Part shown: one piece after another, positions 9,371-18,593 of the stretch
Position numbering within the stretch: the first letter of the stretch is position 1
Layout: every line of letters begins with the position of its first letter
NCBI GenBank assembly: GCA_963664195.1
Contig: OY760907.1
Coordinates: 1,152,001-1,216,000, forward strand
Direction of reading: 5' to 3'
Length of the DNA stretch: 64,000 bases
DNA from: an uncultured candidate division Zixibacteria bacterium
GTDB taxonomy: Bacteria; Zixibacteria; MSB-5A5; GN15; FEB-12
Translations under genes and position numbers: made by a program
The notes under the pieces: model-generated
What the model saw: only the letters and a program-made list of their open reading frames with translations
Database searches by the model: none
Told to the model about the DNA's origin: nothing

Positions 9371-10861
9371 CTACCCCTTCACAACTCCCATAGGTCTGAA
9401 ACGGACGACCTTGCGAGTAATCCCGGCATTGTGAGATACATCCACGACATCACTGACATCTTTGTACACGCCGGGCGCTTCTTCGGAGATACCGCGTTTG
9501 CTGGCCGACCGAAGATAGACTCCCTGTTTCTCTAATTCCGCCTGGACTGCATCGGCGCGGAACTGCTTGTTCGCTGCGGTACGTGACATCCGACGCCCCG
9601 CCCCGTGGCAGGAAGATCCAAATGTCTCTTTCATCGCTCTCTCTGTCCCTACCAGCAAATAGCTTGCACTGCCCATGTCGCCCGGAATGATTACCGGCTG
9701 ACCGACCTCGCGATACCGCCGTGGAACGGCAAGGTGTCCCGGCCCGAAAGCGCGCGTGGCTCCCTTGCGGTGGACGTACAACTGACGCACTTTGCCATCA
9801 ACAACGTGTTCCTCCAACTTGGCCATGTTGTGCGCGATATCATACACGAGGTGAAGCCCAAGTCTGTCCGCGCCCTGACCCAGAACCTGCTCAAAAGACT
9901 CCCGCACCGCATGCGTGATCATCTGGCGGTTGGCCCAGGCATAGTTGGCCCCACACTTCATCGCCGCAAAGTAACGCTGCGCTTCGTCCGAATTTGCCGG
10001 CGCACAGGAGAGTTCGCGGTCGACCAGGGGGATGCGGTACCTCGTGTTGGCTCGACGCATCGTCTCAAGATAGTCGGTGCATATCTGGTGCCCGCAACCG
10101 CGAGAGCCGGTGTGTACCATAATCGCTATCTGGCCAACCTCGGTGAAACCGAAAGCATCGGCCGCCTCCGTATCATAGATTGCCTCGACTCGCTGAATCT
10201 CCAGAAAGTGGTTTCCGCCTCCGAGCGAGCCAAGTTGCGGCCGTCCCCGCTTCTTGGCGTTTCTGCTCACCAAATCAGGATCGGCCCCCTGGATACAGCC
10301 TTCTTCTTCCATCGCCTCGACATCGCTCTTCCAGCCGTACCCCTCGCTGACCGCCCATTGGGCGCCCTTTTCGAGAACCGTGTCAATCTCGCCTTCTGCC
10401 AGACGACGCTTTCCGCCCTGCCCCACTCCAGCCGGGACATTGCGGAACATCGCCTCGACAAGACTGCCGATTTCCCCCTGAATATCCTTGTAGTGAAGCG
10501 AAGACCGGATCAGACGTACGCCACAATTGATGTCATACCCCACACCACCCGGCGAGATGACGCCCTCGTCAGCGTCGAACGCAGCCACACCGCCTATCGC
10601 GAACCCGTAGCCGTGATGAATATCCGGCATCGCAAACGAACTGCCAGCAATACCGGGAAGCGTAGCGACATGGGCTACCTGATCGGGAGAATTGTCTGAG
10701 AGGACCTGCGTGAGCATTTTCGCGCTCGTGTAAATCACCCCCGGAACGCGCATGCGTACATTGTGCCGTTTCATTGCGTCCGACCGATAATCCGGCTCGA
10801 TACGATAACGGTTGGTATCGATTTGCTTGAGAGGACCAGTCCAGGGCATCCCGTTCCCCAT
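9371..10861 (-). CDS. rtcB: RNA-splicing/repair ligase RtcB
   Basis: Motifs MPDIHHGYGFAIGG, GYDINCGVR, GGGNHFLE, HTGSRG, HRKGATRA, SCHGAGR and EEAPGVYKD. Confidence 0.97.
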   Translation of the reverse strand: MGNGMPWTGPLKQIDTNRYRIEPDYRSDAMKRHNVRMRVPGVIYTSAKMLTQVLSDNSPDQVAHVATLPGIAGSSFAMPDIHHGYGFAIGGVAAFDADEGVISPGGVGYDINCGVRLIRSSLHYKDIQGEIGSLVEAMFRNVPAGVGQGGKRRLAEGEIDTVLEKGAQWAVSEGYGWKSDVEAMEEEGCIQGADPDLVSRNAKKRGRPQLGSLGGGNHFLEIQRVEAIYDTEAADAFGFTEVGQIAIMVHTGSRGCGHQICTDYLETMRRANTRYRIPLVDRELSCAPANSDEAQRYFAAMKCGANYAWANRQMITHAVRESFEQVLGQGADRLGLHLVYDIAHNMAKLEEHVVDGKVRQLYVHRKGATRAFGPGHLAVPRRYREVGQPVIIPGDMGSASYLLVGTERAMKETFGSSCHGAGRRMSRTAANKQFRADAVQAELEKQGVYLRSASKRGISEEAPGVYKDVSDVVDVSHNAGITRKVVRFRPMGVVKG

Positions 10862-10899
10862 TGTTATAGAGTGTCGATACGGTATTTATACGGCAACCA

Positions 10900-11325
10900 T
10901 CAGATATCAAACAACACCTGAAGCGACACCGGCTCGCCTGTTTCACCGCGCCGGATTTCAAGCAGATGATACGATACACCCTTCACCTGTGTTCCTCCAC
11001 CGTGTTTGTTCGAGTCAAACCGCTCACCGATAACCGTTGCCTTCAATTGTGTCTCGCCGACGAACTCGACCTTAAAATCGTGGAGCACCAGCCTGTCGGC
11101 CTCATGCAGAACAATCAACTCCGAGAGAAACCCAACCAGGAGACCTTCGAGATCAATCGACTCGACCTCAAACTCCACCGCTTCGTTCCCCGAGATAACC
11201 GAGCCGTCGGTTAGAAGATCAAACATAGCCCCGGCTGCCGAAGCAAACGCATCTTCGAGCGTCTCTCCGTATGCCCGGGCGATAATGTCTGCCGTGTGTT
11301 CTTTGAATTCGTATCGTCTGGTCAT
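10900..11325 (-). CDS. Archease (RtcB activator)
   Basis: Motifs 'EHTAD', 'VKGVSYH' and C-terminal 'FDI'. Start set at MTRRYEF. Confidence 0.93.
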   Translation of the reverse strand: MTRRYEFKEHTADIIARAYGETLEDAFASAAGAMFDLLTDGSVISGNEAVEFEVESIDLEGLLVGFLSELIVLHEADRLVLHDFKVEFVGETQLKATVIGERFDSNKHGGGTQVKGVSYHLLEIRRGETGEPVSLQVLFDI

Positions 11326-11338
11326 AAAGAGCTGTCGG

Positions 11339-12448
11339 TTACAGGTTAATCGGACCGTCGCCATCACCGCGAGTGAAATGAAATCGCGTCATCTGTTTCT
11401 CGTAATCACCAAACTCAGTGGCAAGCACCGGGGAAACGGCCAGAGCAAAATTGGAGGGACCAATCAGGAAACCGGATGACGTGAGCGCGGCGCCGTAGGC
11501 TTCGTGACGTTGGTTCGACACGATCAAGTCCACACCTCGTTGCTCAAGAACATGGGCCGCCGCCGTCATTACCGATTCCTCGCAGCCACTCAAGGCGAGG
11601 CAGTCGACGATCGACCCCAGCCGCATATTGCCGAACTGCTTGTGATTCTCCAACTGGCTGTCCATGCAGACAACCCATCCGACAATGCCATCACCTGTTG
11701 ATGCTTTCAATCGAATGAACCGATCATCCGATTTCGGATACAGCAGGTTCAGCGTGGCGCTGTCCCGCTCCGCGGCCAGTGCAAACTGGTCCCGGCACTC
11801 CTGCCAGAGCCTGTCAGCCCAGTCATCGAAATCATCGACTTGCTCATACGAAACTCCCGCGTTGACAATCGGAAGTTCGCCCTGCTTGAATCGTACCGCC
11901 AGACGTCCCAATCCGGTAAAGGCCGCGATATTCAGAGCGAGTCTGCGGACAACCGACGTGCGCAGATAGACGATGTTCCGGAGAAATCGACCCGCATGGA
12001 CCACTCGAAAGTAGAACGGCACCAAACACAGCTTCCATCCCATTCCGGCCAGCAAACGTGGCAACGGACGGGTCATCCCGCCCATGCCAAGCGCATACAT
12101 ACGCGGCTGCTTCCGAAGAGCGTTCATCAGGAGCAACAGCCCCACCGAATTGAATGCCCTGTCAACAGTCCCCTCGGACAGCGGCAGCCCGTAGTTGCCT
12201 ATCGATGTTACTTGATCGTTGCTCAGAAACCGCTGATGCTTAAGAACATACCCGCCCCGCACGACATCCCTTTCGTCAAGCGCAAGGAACATCTCCCTAT
12301 ACAGAGAGTCTCCCCCGGTCTTTGGCAACCAGTGAGGTGTCGATGATTCCGGAAACTGAAACCGGACATCGCCGGATTTCAAGCGCCGATTGAACTCGAT
12401 CACCGCCTCGATGTGTTCCTCGAGATACCGCTCTATCTTCAGCGCCAT
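11339..12448 (-). CDS. GNAT/FemAB-like acyltransferase-fold hypothetical protein
   Basis: Two-lobed GNAT-like pattern ('ERDSATLN..Y', 'GSIVDCL'). Operonic with FkbH and ACP. Confidence 0.5.
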   Translation of the reverse strand: MALKIERYLEEHIEAVIEFNRRLKSGDVRFQFPESSTPHWLPKTGGDSLYREMFLALDERDVVRGGYVLKHQRFLSNDQVTSIGNYGLPLSEGTVDRAFNSVGLLLLMNALRKQPRMYALGMGGMTRPLPRLLAGMGWKLCLVPFYFRVVHAGRFLRNIVYLRTSVVRRLALNIAAFTGLGRLAVRFKQGELPIVNAGVSYEQVDDFDDWADRLWQECRDQFALAAERDSATLNLLYPKSDDRFIRLKASTGDGIVGWVVCMDSQLENHKQFGNMRLGSIVDCLALSGCEESVMTAAAHVLEQRGVDLIVSNQRHEAYGAALTSSGFLIGPSNFALAVSPVLATEFGDYEKQMTRFHFTRGDGDGPINL

Positions 12449-13380
12449 CAGGATCGCCCCACCTTCAGTTTGTGCAGCAACCAGCGACGTTCCAGCGAGC
12501 TGCGTTCACTGTCTGTGATGACATGATTCCCATTGCGATTGCGGAGGAAATCCAGTAGAGTCGATACCGGCACAAACCAACCGTTTTTGCGGCTCAATCG
12601 CTCCATCAGTTCTCTGAAGCGCGAGTTGATTTGCTTATCGGAATAGAAACCGCATGCTAAGTGCGTGTACATGATGCACGCTCCCCCCTCTTCTTCGAGT
12701 CGATCCTGATTCCGTTCGTCGAGACAATCGAGAAACGAGTTGACTTCCGGCCCTTCAGATGAGGCATACCAGTTGTCGACAAACTCCCTGCTCGGATCAT
12801 GGTACGGCATAAACGGGCAGGCGTTTAACGTATTGACTTCGCTGAAAACGAAATTGCGCACATACTTGATCCGTTCACGGCAGAGATCACCCCAGAACAG
12901 CGAGTCATCGGGAACATGGCCGCGATACCGGTTCCGGAATCGATACCGTGTCAGGGCGTTGTAGAGCACGCGATATATGCCGCCAATGCGGGCGTCTCCC
13001 CAGTACATATTCTCTTCGCAACCGGAATGGCTGGCCATCGCCGACGGATATTCACCAAAGTGCTCTTTGAATCGGTCGAGGGCGCGCTCTGTTTGACTGC
13101 GGTCAGACGTATGGAAGGTCGCCATGTGATAACCGACCTCGAAGCCTTTCGAGGCCAGGCCCTTGACCCAGCGGAGGTACTCCTCGTCCTCGCAAGTGGC
13201 CCCCTCGCACAGCGGTTCATCGTTCCCCCGAACAGGCCAGACAGACTTGGTCGTACGCAAACCCAGATCGTCCAGCAGAGCATACACTTCGCCGACGTTC
13301 TCTACCGTGGTAAAGTCAGTATCATCGAATATGGTGAAAGCGAAATCTTTGTTGCCAGGCCAGACGATTTGATCCGTCAC
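12448..13380 (-). CDS. Polysaccharide deacetylase-like (NodB/GH57-type barrel) protein
   Basis: Motifs 'FTIFDDTD', 'GFEVGYH' and 'IMYTH'. The GTG start overlaps the FkbH stop (GTGA). Confidence 0.6.
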   Translation of the reverse strand: MTDQIVWPGNKDFAFTIFDDTDFTTVENVGEVYALLDDLGLRTTKSVWPVRGNDEPLCEGATCEDEEYLRWVKGLASKGFEVGYHMATFHTSDRSQTERALDRFKEHFGEYPSAMASHSGCEENMYWGDARIGGIYRVLYNALTRYRFRNRYRGHVPDDSLFWGDLCRERIKYVRNFVFSEVNTLNACPFMPYHDPSREFVDNWYASSEGPEVNSFLDCLDERNQDRLEEEGGACIMYTHLACGFYSDKQINSRFRELMERLSRKNGWFVPVSTLLDFLRNRNGNHVITDSERSSLERRWLLHKLKVGRS

Positions 13381-15065
13381 GGCCGCACCACCTTGAGATT
13401 GATTGACGGCGGCAGCGCGTATTCGTCCGCAGGGTTCCACCGGAAAAAAACATCATCGTCGGTTTCAAATCCGGACCGAAGCCAGAATTCCCGACACGGC
13501 TTGTTGCGTTCGGTCGGCAGATACACGGCCTCGATCTGCTCGACTCCGAGCCTTCCCGCCTCTGCACATATGAAATGCACCAGCGCCTCTTCGACTTTCC
13601 GTCCCATTACCCGACAGCTCAATACGAAATCGACAATGCTCCCCTTATTGCCGTTGACCTTCAGAGAGGCTATCCCTGTCAACCCGGCATCGCCGAACCT
13701 GTCAGCCACCCGAAACGTAAACACACGGTGTCCGTCATCATTGGCCCATTTCTGATACTCGGGGGCGGTCATGCGACGAGTCGATAGGTTCATCTGGTTG
13801 GTCTTGTTGAGCAACTGGGCGGTCCGCGCAAGGTTGGCGTCGTTTAGCGATTCCACGGTAACGACCGTCTCAAGACTGTTCAGCCAATCACTCAGCGATT
13901 CCGCTTGTTCCAAGAGTGATGAGCGTTTCCGCTCGGATACATACGAGGCCGTGCGGTCGGCATCCTCGACACTCAAAACAGGGCTGTCAAAACAACGGAG
14001 CTTTCTCAGCGCGTCAGCATAGAGCATCTTGTCCACAGGCCATTCCGGCACCAAAACTTCAGGCAGCGCCTCTCGCACTCGAGCGCGTTCATGGCGGGAA
14101 TCATCGATAAACACCACCGACTCCAATCCGAGATTGAGTTCCTCCACGAGCGCGACGATGTTCTGCGCCTTGTCCTGCCAGTTGATCTTCCATCCGGCAA
14201 AGTCCGACTCACGAAGAATCATTTCGGGATGCTTCGTAATCGCCTCCAGCGCTACGGATTGCTCGTTTTTGCTTACAATACCGAGCACAACCCCGCGGTT
14301 GGTCAAAGCTTTGAGTTCGCGCTGCAAGTCGGCATGAGCCTCGCCGATGGGATCGTGGCCACCAAGTGTCAGGTTCTCCCAACCGATATCGCCAACAATC
14401 CCTCCCCACAGTGTATCGTCGAGATCAACTATCACGAGTTTGCGTGCCTTCCCGGATACACCCCTGACGGCGGCCTTGATATCTTTCACCGCGTCGGCAT
14501 ACACTGCATTGCCGAAGGGAGACTTGGCCATATACCAGAGCTTGGGACTGACTCCCTGCCCACCGGCAGCCTGTAGCCAACGCTGCGAGTCCAGCAAGTA
14601 CAGATTCGAAATCCGACCGACCGCTTCGGCCAGCAACGCATTGAGACGCAGAAGTGTCCCTGATATTCCCCCCGGATGAGTCATATCGAGCATTCCCAGT
14701 CCTCGACCTGCGAAAGGCGCTACCCACGTTGCCACCAACATCAGCGATGTCCGTGTCGAGGCAGCCGTTAACAACCCAACAAACCGTTCTACTTCAACCT
14801 TCAATTCCTCAAACGGAACTGACTCGTACTGAAGCACGCCGGCAAACGACGGCAGCACGCTTTCAGGTCGACTCCAGACGAACGTGACGTCCGGACGTTC
14901 CTCCCAACAGGGAGCATCACTGTCGAGAAGTGTTTGTACTGTCTGGCTGAAGGGAGCGCTAAACGACGCAATCTTCGGCTCCTCGGCATCGTTTTCAAAG
15001 ATGGAGGCCAGAGTCCCTGTCGTGAAGTCCGTAATCAGCAGACAGTGTTTTTCCTGATCAGGCAT
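13377..15065 (-). CDS. FkbH-like HAD-IIIC glyceryl-ACP transferase/phosphatase
   Basis: Motifs 'DLDDTLWGG', 'SKN', 'INWQDK', 'VFIDD', 'KTNQMN', 'DRFGDAG' and 'LSCRVMGR'. Confidence 0.92.
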   Translation of the reverse strand: MPDQEKHCLLITDFTTGTLASIFENDAEEPKIASFSAPFSQTVQTLLDSDAPCWEERPDVTFVWSRPESVLPSFAGVLQYESVPFEELKVEVERFVGLLTAASTRTSLMLVATWVAPFAGRGLGMLDMTHPGGISGTLLRLNALLAEAVGRISNLYLLDSQRWLQAAGGQGVSPKLWYMAKSPFGNAVYADAVKDIKAAVRGVSGKARKLVIVDLDDTLWGGIVGDIGWENLTLGGHDPIGEAHADLQRELKALTNRGVVLGIVSKNEQSVALEAITKHPEMILRESDFAGWKINWQDKAQNIVALVEELNLGLESVVFIDDSRHERARVREALPEVLVPEWPVDKMLYADALRKLRCFDSPVLSVEDADRTASYVSERKRSSLLEQAESLSDWLNSLETVVTVESLNDANLARTAQLLNKTNQMNLSTRRMTAPEYQKWANDDGHRVFTFRVADRFGDAGLTGIASLKVNGNKGSIVDFVLSCRVMGRKVEEALVHFICAEAGRLGVEQIEAVYLPTERNKPCREFWLRSGFETDDDVFFRWNPADEYALPPSINLKVVRP

Positions 15066-15366
15066 CGGCTACTCGATCTGTCAGACTGAGAACGTGATCG
15101 GTGAGTTTGTCGACAGTGCCGCAAAGAGCCTCGAGATTGGAGAGCGTGTTTTCATCGGCGAGAACCACTGAACTGCCGAATGCTGCCTGCACTTTCTGCT
15201 CAACAGCCAGGATGAACACCATCAGAGCAAGCGAATCCAACACCGCACCTTGCCCGGCAAGCACGGTCTCCCCGGAGCACGCCAGTTGACTATCTGACGG
15301 TCGTTGCAGGTTCGCTTCGTCTATTGCTGCTGATATCAGTTGTAGAATGTCGTCTTTGTCGGTCAT
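15058..15366 (-). CDS. Acyl carrier protein
   Basis: Phosphopantetheine motif 'LDSLAL'; acidic, about 100 aa. Start set at MTDKDD. Confidence 0.85.
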   Translation of the reverse strand: MTDKDDILQLISAAIDEANLQRPSDSQLACSGETVLAGQGAVLDSLALMVFILAVEQKVQAAFGSSVVLADENTLSNLEALCGTVDKLTDHVLSLTDRVADA

Positions 15367-15559
15367 ACGCGGTCGCCTCACCCGGTTTTCACATATGTAA
15401 CACATATATGCAGACAGGTCAAGCGAGGAGACTTCACCCTCCGGCATTCATCCTCTCCAAGATTACATAACGAAAAACCATATACCGATGAACTGTTACC
15501 GGCGTAACGGTACGTACACCCTCGTACGCCCATTCAGATGACCGCAACCCTCCCCAAAC

Positions 15560-15627
15560 ACGAAAAAGCCCGCCGTCGTCCCGGCGGGCCTTATGTTGTC
15601 CATTAGAAAGGGAGTTGCTATGACAAT
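15560..15627 (-). ncRNA. Candidate ~65-70 nt sRNA with anti-SD/anti-AUG seed
   Basis: ECF-like promoter GGAAC-N17-GTATAA (15661-15634), seed GUCAUAGCAACUCCCUUUCU, then a terminator. Confidence 0.4.
15563..15592 (-). terminator. Intrinsic terminator (GCCCGCCG stem plus U-tract on the minus strand)
   Basis: gcccgccg/cggcgggc 8-bp stem followed by 5 T on the minus strand. Confidence 0.8.
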
Positions 15628-15672
15628 CAGTTCTTATACCGCTGAAGCGTCAACAGGTTCCAGCCCCAGAGA

Positions 15673-16116
15673 CTAATCCGCCTCTGAACGCTGCCTGTGC
15701 TCGCATCCATTATTCTGCTTCTTCCCGGCCGAAAACTTCAGTGCCGCCGAATTCACGCAATACCTCAATCCGGTTGGAGCCGGACCATCGTCAAACATAT
15801 GCCCCAGATGCGCTCCGCACCGGCTGCAGTTAATCTCCCGGCGTACCATCCCCAGCGACCTGTCATCGGCAGTGTCTATGTGCTCTTCTCCTGCCGGAGC
15901 GAAGAAACTCGGCCAGCCTGACCCGGAATCATACTTGGCCCCGGAATCAAATAGCTCGTTGCCGCAGCAAACACAGAGATAGACCCCCTCGGCCTTGAAG
16001 TTGTAGTATTCGCCGGTAAAGGCCCGTTCGGTGCCCTTCTCTCGCGTGACGTGAAACTGTTCCGGCGTAAGCACTTGCTGCCACTCTTCGTCTGTCTTGA
16101 TGATTCTGTCGGCCAT
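15673..16116 (-). CDS. msrB: Peptide-methionine (R)-S-oxide reductase
   Basis: Motifs [35 protein letters not shown] and RYCVNS. Start set at MADRIIK. Confidence 0.96.
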   Translation of the reverse strand: MADRIIKTDEEWQQVLTPEQFHVTREKGTERAFTGEYYNFKAEGVYLCVCCGNELFDSGAKYDSGSGWPSFFAPAGEEHIDTADDRSLGMVRREINCSRCGAHLGHMFDDGPAPTGLRYCVNSAALKFSAGKKQNNGCEHRQRSEAD

Positions 16117-16642
16117 CTTCCTGTCCTCGCTGTCATCCTCTTCCGCTGCTGCCCCAATTGGTAACCGGCCAACCGTGCGGGTCAGCCGGATAAAACGTAA
16201 CTCTCTGCCGTCCATCATAGAAACAGTTTGGAACAGCCCCGTGGTTCCCGTCAAAGTAGAGAATCACAGTCCCTATTGAGGCACCGCTAGACACTCCTTC
16301 GCCTACAAGAAAACCGGCGGAGAGGTTCGGCAGGTCGCTCGGTCACAGGAACCCCTCGCCGGTTTTCGCAAACCCAAAAAACCGCTGGCCGGGCCGCACT
16401 CAATACGGCGCCCGCCCGGTTCTGTCGGACGATGACCAGAAAACCGCTCCCGGCCTGGCCTGCCGGAATGAAGATCCTCCTGACCGCCCGTTTCTACTAA
16501 TACTACGCCACGGCGCCACGGTTGGTTTGCGGGTCTTGGTCCGATGGACACGGCAGCAGGTCTCGACCGTGAATCCCTGTTGCATCCGCCGAAAAATGAA
16601 GTATATATCCCGACGAAGACATCCAATTGTGGAAAGGTGAGC

Positions 16643-18514
16643 ATGGAACCGACTGTCATAAACGAACACATCGCCAGAGTCGAACTTTTCAATCGGCTTG
16701 ACGAAGACGAGCGCGAGTTGCTGGTAAAACATGTGGAAGTCCTTGAATTCGAAAAGGATGCCGTTGTTTTTCAGGAGAACAGTCCCCGCAAGTACCTGTA
16801 TCTGATCTACGAAGGGGAAATCGAACTGTTCAAACGGACACCGTTCGGCGAGGAGAAACGCCTCTCTTTCTTCAGCAAGTATGATTTCCTGGGCGAGGGT
16901 GCCCTTATGGACGATTACCCGCACTCCACTTCCGCTCGCGCGCTGTTGAAAACGACAGTGCTTGCCATTAGCCAGAAAAAGTTCCACGCCCTGTTTGCCG
17001 AGAACCCGACAATTGCAACCAAAATGCTCTCCAGCGTGGCGCGTGTCATCTCCCGGCGAATGCGACAGGCCAGCACGCGAGTGGTCAACGTGGCCGCGCA
17101 GTACATTTCCGGTCGAACCCGCAGTGAACACGACTTGCTCGGTGATCGCGACGTTCCTTACGAATACCTATACGGCATACAGACCCTCCGGGCATTGGAG
17201 AATTTCAATATCAGCGGTATATCGCTGACGCAGTTCCCCACCCTGGTCAACGCGCTCGCGATGGTCAAACTGGCCGCGGCCAGGGCCAACCACGAGTTGG
17301 GTCTGCTTTCCCAGCCGGTGGCCGACGCCATCGGACAGGCCTGTCACGAAATCATCAACGGCAAGAACCATACACAGTTTGCTGTCGATATGATACAGGG
17401 GGGAGCCGGAACCTCGACCAATATGAACGCCAACGAGGTCATTGCCAATCGAGCGCTGGAAATTCTCGGCTATGATCGCGGTGAGTATCGCTACTGCCAC
17501 CCGAACAACCATGTCAACCTGTCGCAGTCGACCAACGACGCCTATCCGACGGCGTTAAAAATCGCCCTGATAAACTCCAATAGCCAGTTGACCGCGGTGC
17601 TCAAGTCCCTTGCTGAATCGTTCCATAAGAAAGCTGAGGAATTTGCGGAGATAATCAAGATTGGTCGTACGCAGCTTCAGGATGCAGTCCCGATGACACT
17701 CGGCCAGGAATTCGACTCCTACGCCGCCACGCTCGCAGAGGAAATCGAGCGACTCAACGAAAACGCGGCACTGTTCCTCGAGGTGAACATGGGCGGAACC
17801 GCCATCGGCACCGGCATAAATGCCGATCCGGACTACTCCGAGAAGGTCATAAGGCATCTCAAGGAGGTGTCTGGCCTCAACGTCCGTCTGGCGGAAAACC
17901 TCGTCGAGGCAACCCAGGACACCGGCGCATTTGTGATGTACTCCTCGGCAATCAAACGGCTGGCGCTCAAACTGTCCAAGATATGCAACGACCTTCGCCT
18001 GCTGTCTTCCGGTCCTCGGGCCGGACTCAACGAAATCAACCTGCCGCCAATGCAACCCGGATCTTCGATCATGCCCGGCAAGGTCAATCCGGTGATTCCG
18101 GAAGTCGTCAACCAGATTGCTTTCAAAGTGATCGGCAATGACCTCACGGTCTCACTTGCCGCCGAGGCGGGCCAGCTTGAGCTGAACGTCATGGAGCCGG
18201 TGATTGCCCAGAGCCTGTTCGAGTCGATTGAGATGCTGAAAAACGGCATGGCAACGCTCAGGCAACGCTGTATCGACGGAATTACCGCCAATGTGGAAGA
18301 GTGCCGGCGCATGGTGCAGAGCAGTATCGGTCTGGTCACGGCTCTGGATCCGGTGCTGGGCTATGAGACCTGCAGTTCGCTGGCCAAGGAAGCGTTGCAA
18401 ACGGGTCGTGGTGTGTACGAGCTGGTGCTTGAGAAGAAACTGATGTCTAACGAGGAGTTGGACCGAATTCTAGCGCCGGAGAACATGCTTGGCCCAGGCC
18501 GAGCCAAACGATAG
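16643..18514 (+). CDS. aspA: Aspartate ammonia-lyase fused to an N-terminal cyclic-nucleotide-binding (Crp-type) domain
   Basis: N-terminal 'FLGEGALMDDYPHSTSARA' cNMP motif; C-terminal aspartase motifs QGGAGTSTNMNANE, GRTQLQDAVP and GSSIMPGKVNP. Start at the ATG after GGAAAGG. Confidence 0.93.
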   Translation: MEPTVINEHIARVELFNRLDEDERELLVKHVEVLEFEKDAVVFQENSPRKYLYLIYEGEIELFKRTPFGEEKRLSFFSKYDFLGEGALMDDYPHSTSARALLKTTVLAISQKKFHALFAENPTIATKMLSSVARVISRRMRQASTRVVNVAAQYISGRTRSEHDLLGDRDVPYEYLYGIQTLRALENFNISGISLTQFPTLVNALAMVKLAAARANHELGLLSQPVADAIGQACHEIINGKNHTQFAVDMIQGGAGTSTNMNANEVIANRALEILGYDRGEYRYCHPNNHVNLSQSTNDAYPTALKIALINSNSQLTAVLKSLAESFHKKAEEFAEIIKIGRTQLQDAVPMTLGQEFDSYAATLAEEIERLNENAALFLEVNMGGTAIGTGINADPDYSEKVIRHLKEVSGLNVRLAENLVEATQDTGAFVMYSSAIKRLALKLSKICNDLRLLSSGPRAGLNEINLPPMQPGSSIMPGKVNPVIPEVVNQIAFKVIGNDLTVSLAAEAGQLELNVMEPVIAQSLFESIEMLKNGMATLRQRCIDGITANVEECRRMVQSSIGLVTALDPVLGYETCSSLAKEALQTGRGVYELVLEKKLMSNEELDRILAPENMLGPGRAKR

Positions 18515-18536
18515 CGAGACGGATAGCGCCCAAATC

Positions 18537-18577
18537 AAGAACCCCCGACTGTCCGAGGACGGCCGGGGGTTCTCTTT
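18537..18577. terminator. Terminator hairpin between convergent aspA and MCP genes
   Basis: agaacccccg/cgggggttct inverted repeat. Confidence 0.75.
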
Positions 18578-18593
18578 GTGTGTCGAAAAGGAA

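Noticed and set aside
9605..10699. Long antisense ORFs (364 aa opposite rtcB; similarly 36160-37209, 24076-24936, 12916-13755)
   Set aside because: Shadow ORFs of well-supported genes in GC-rich DNA, with no recognisable motifs.
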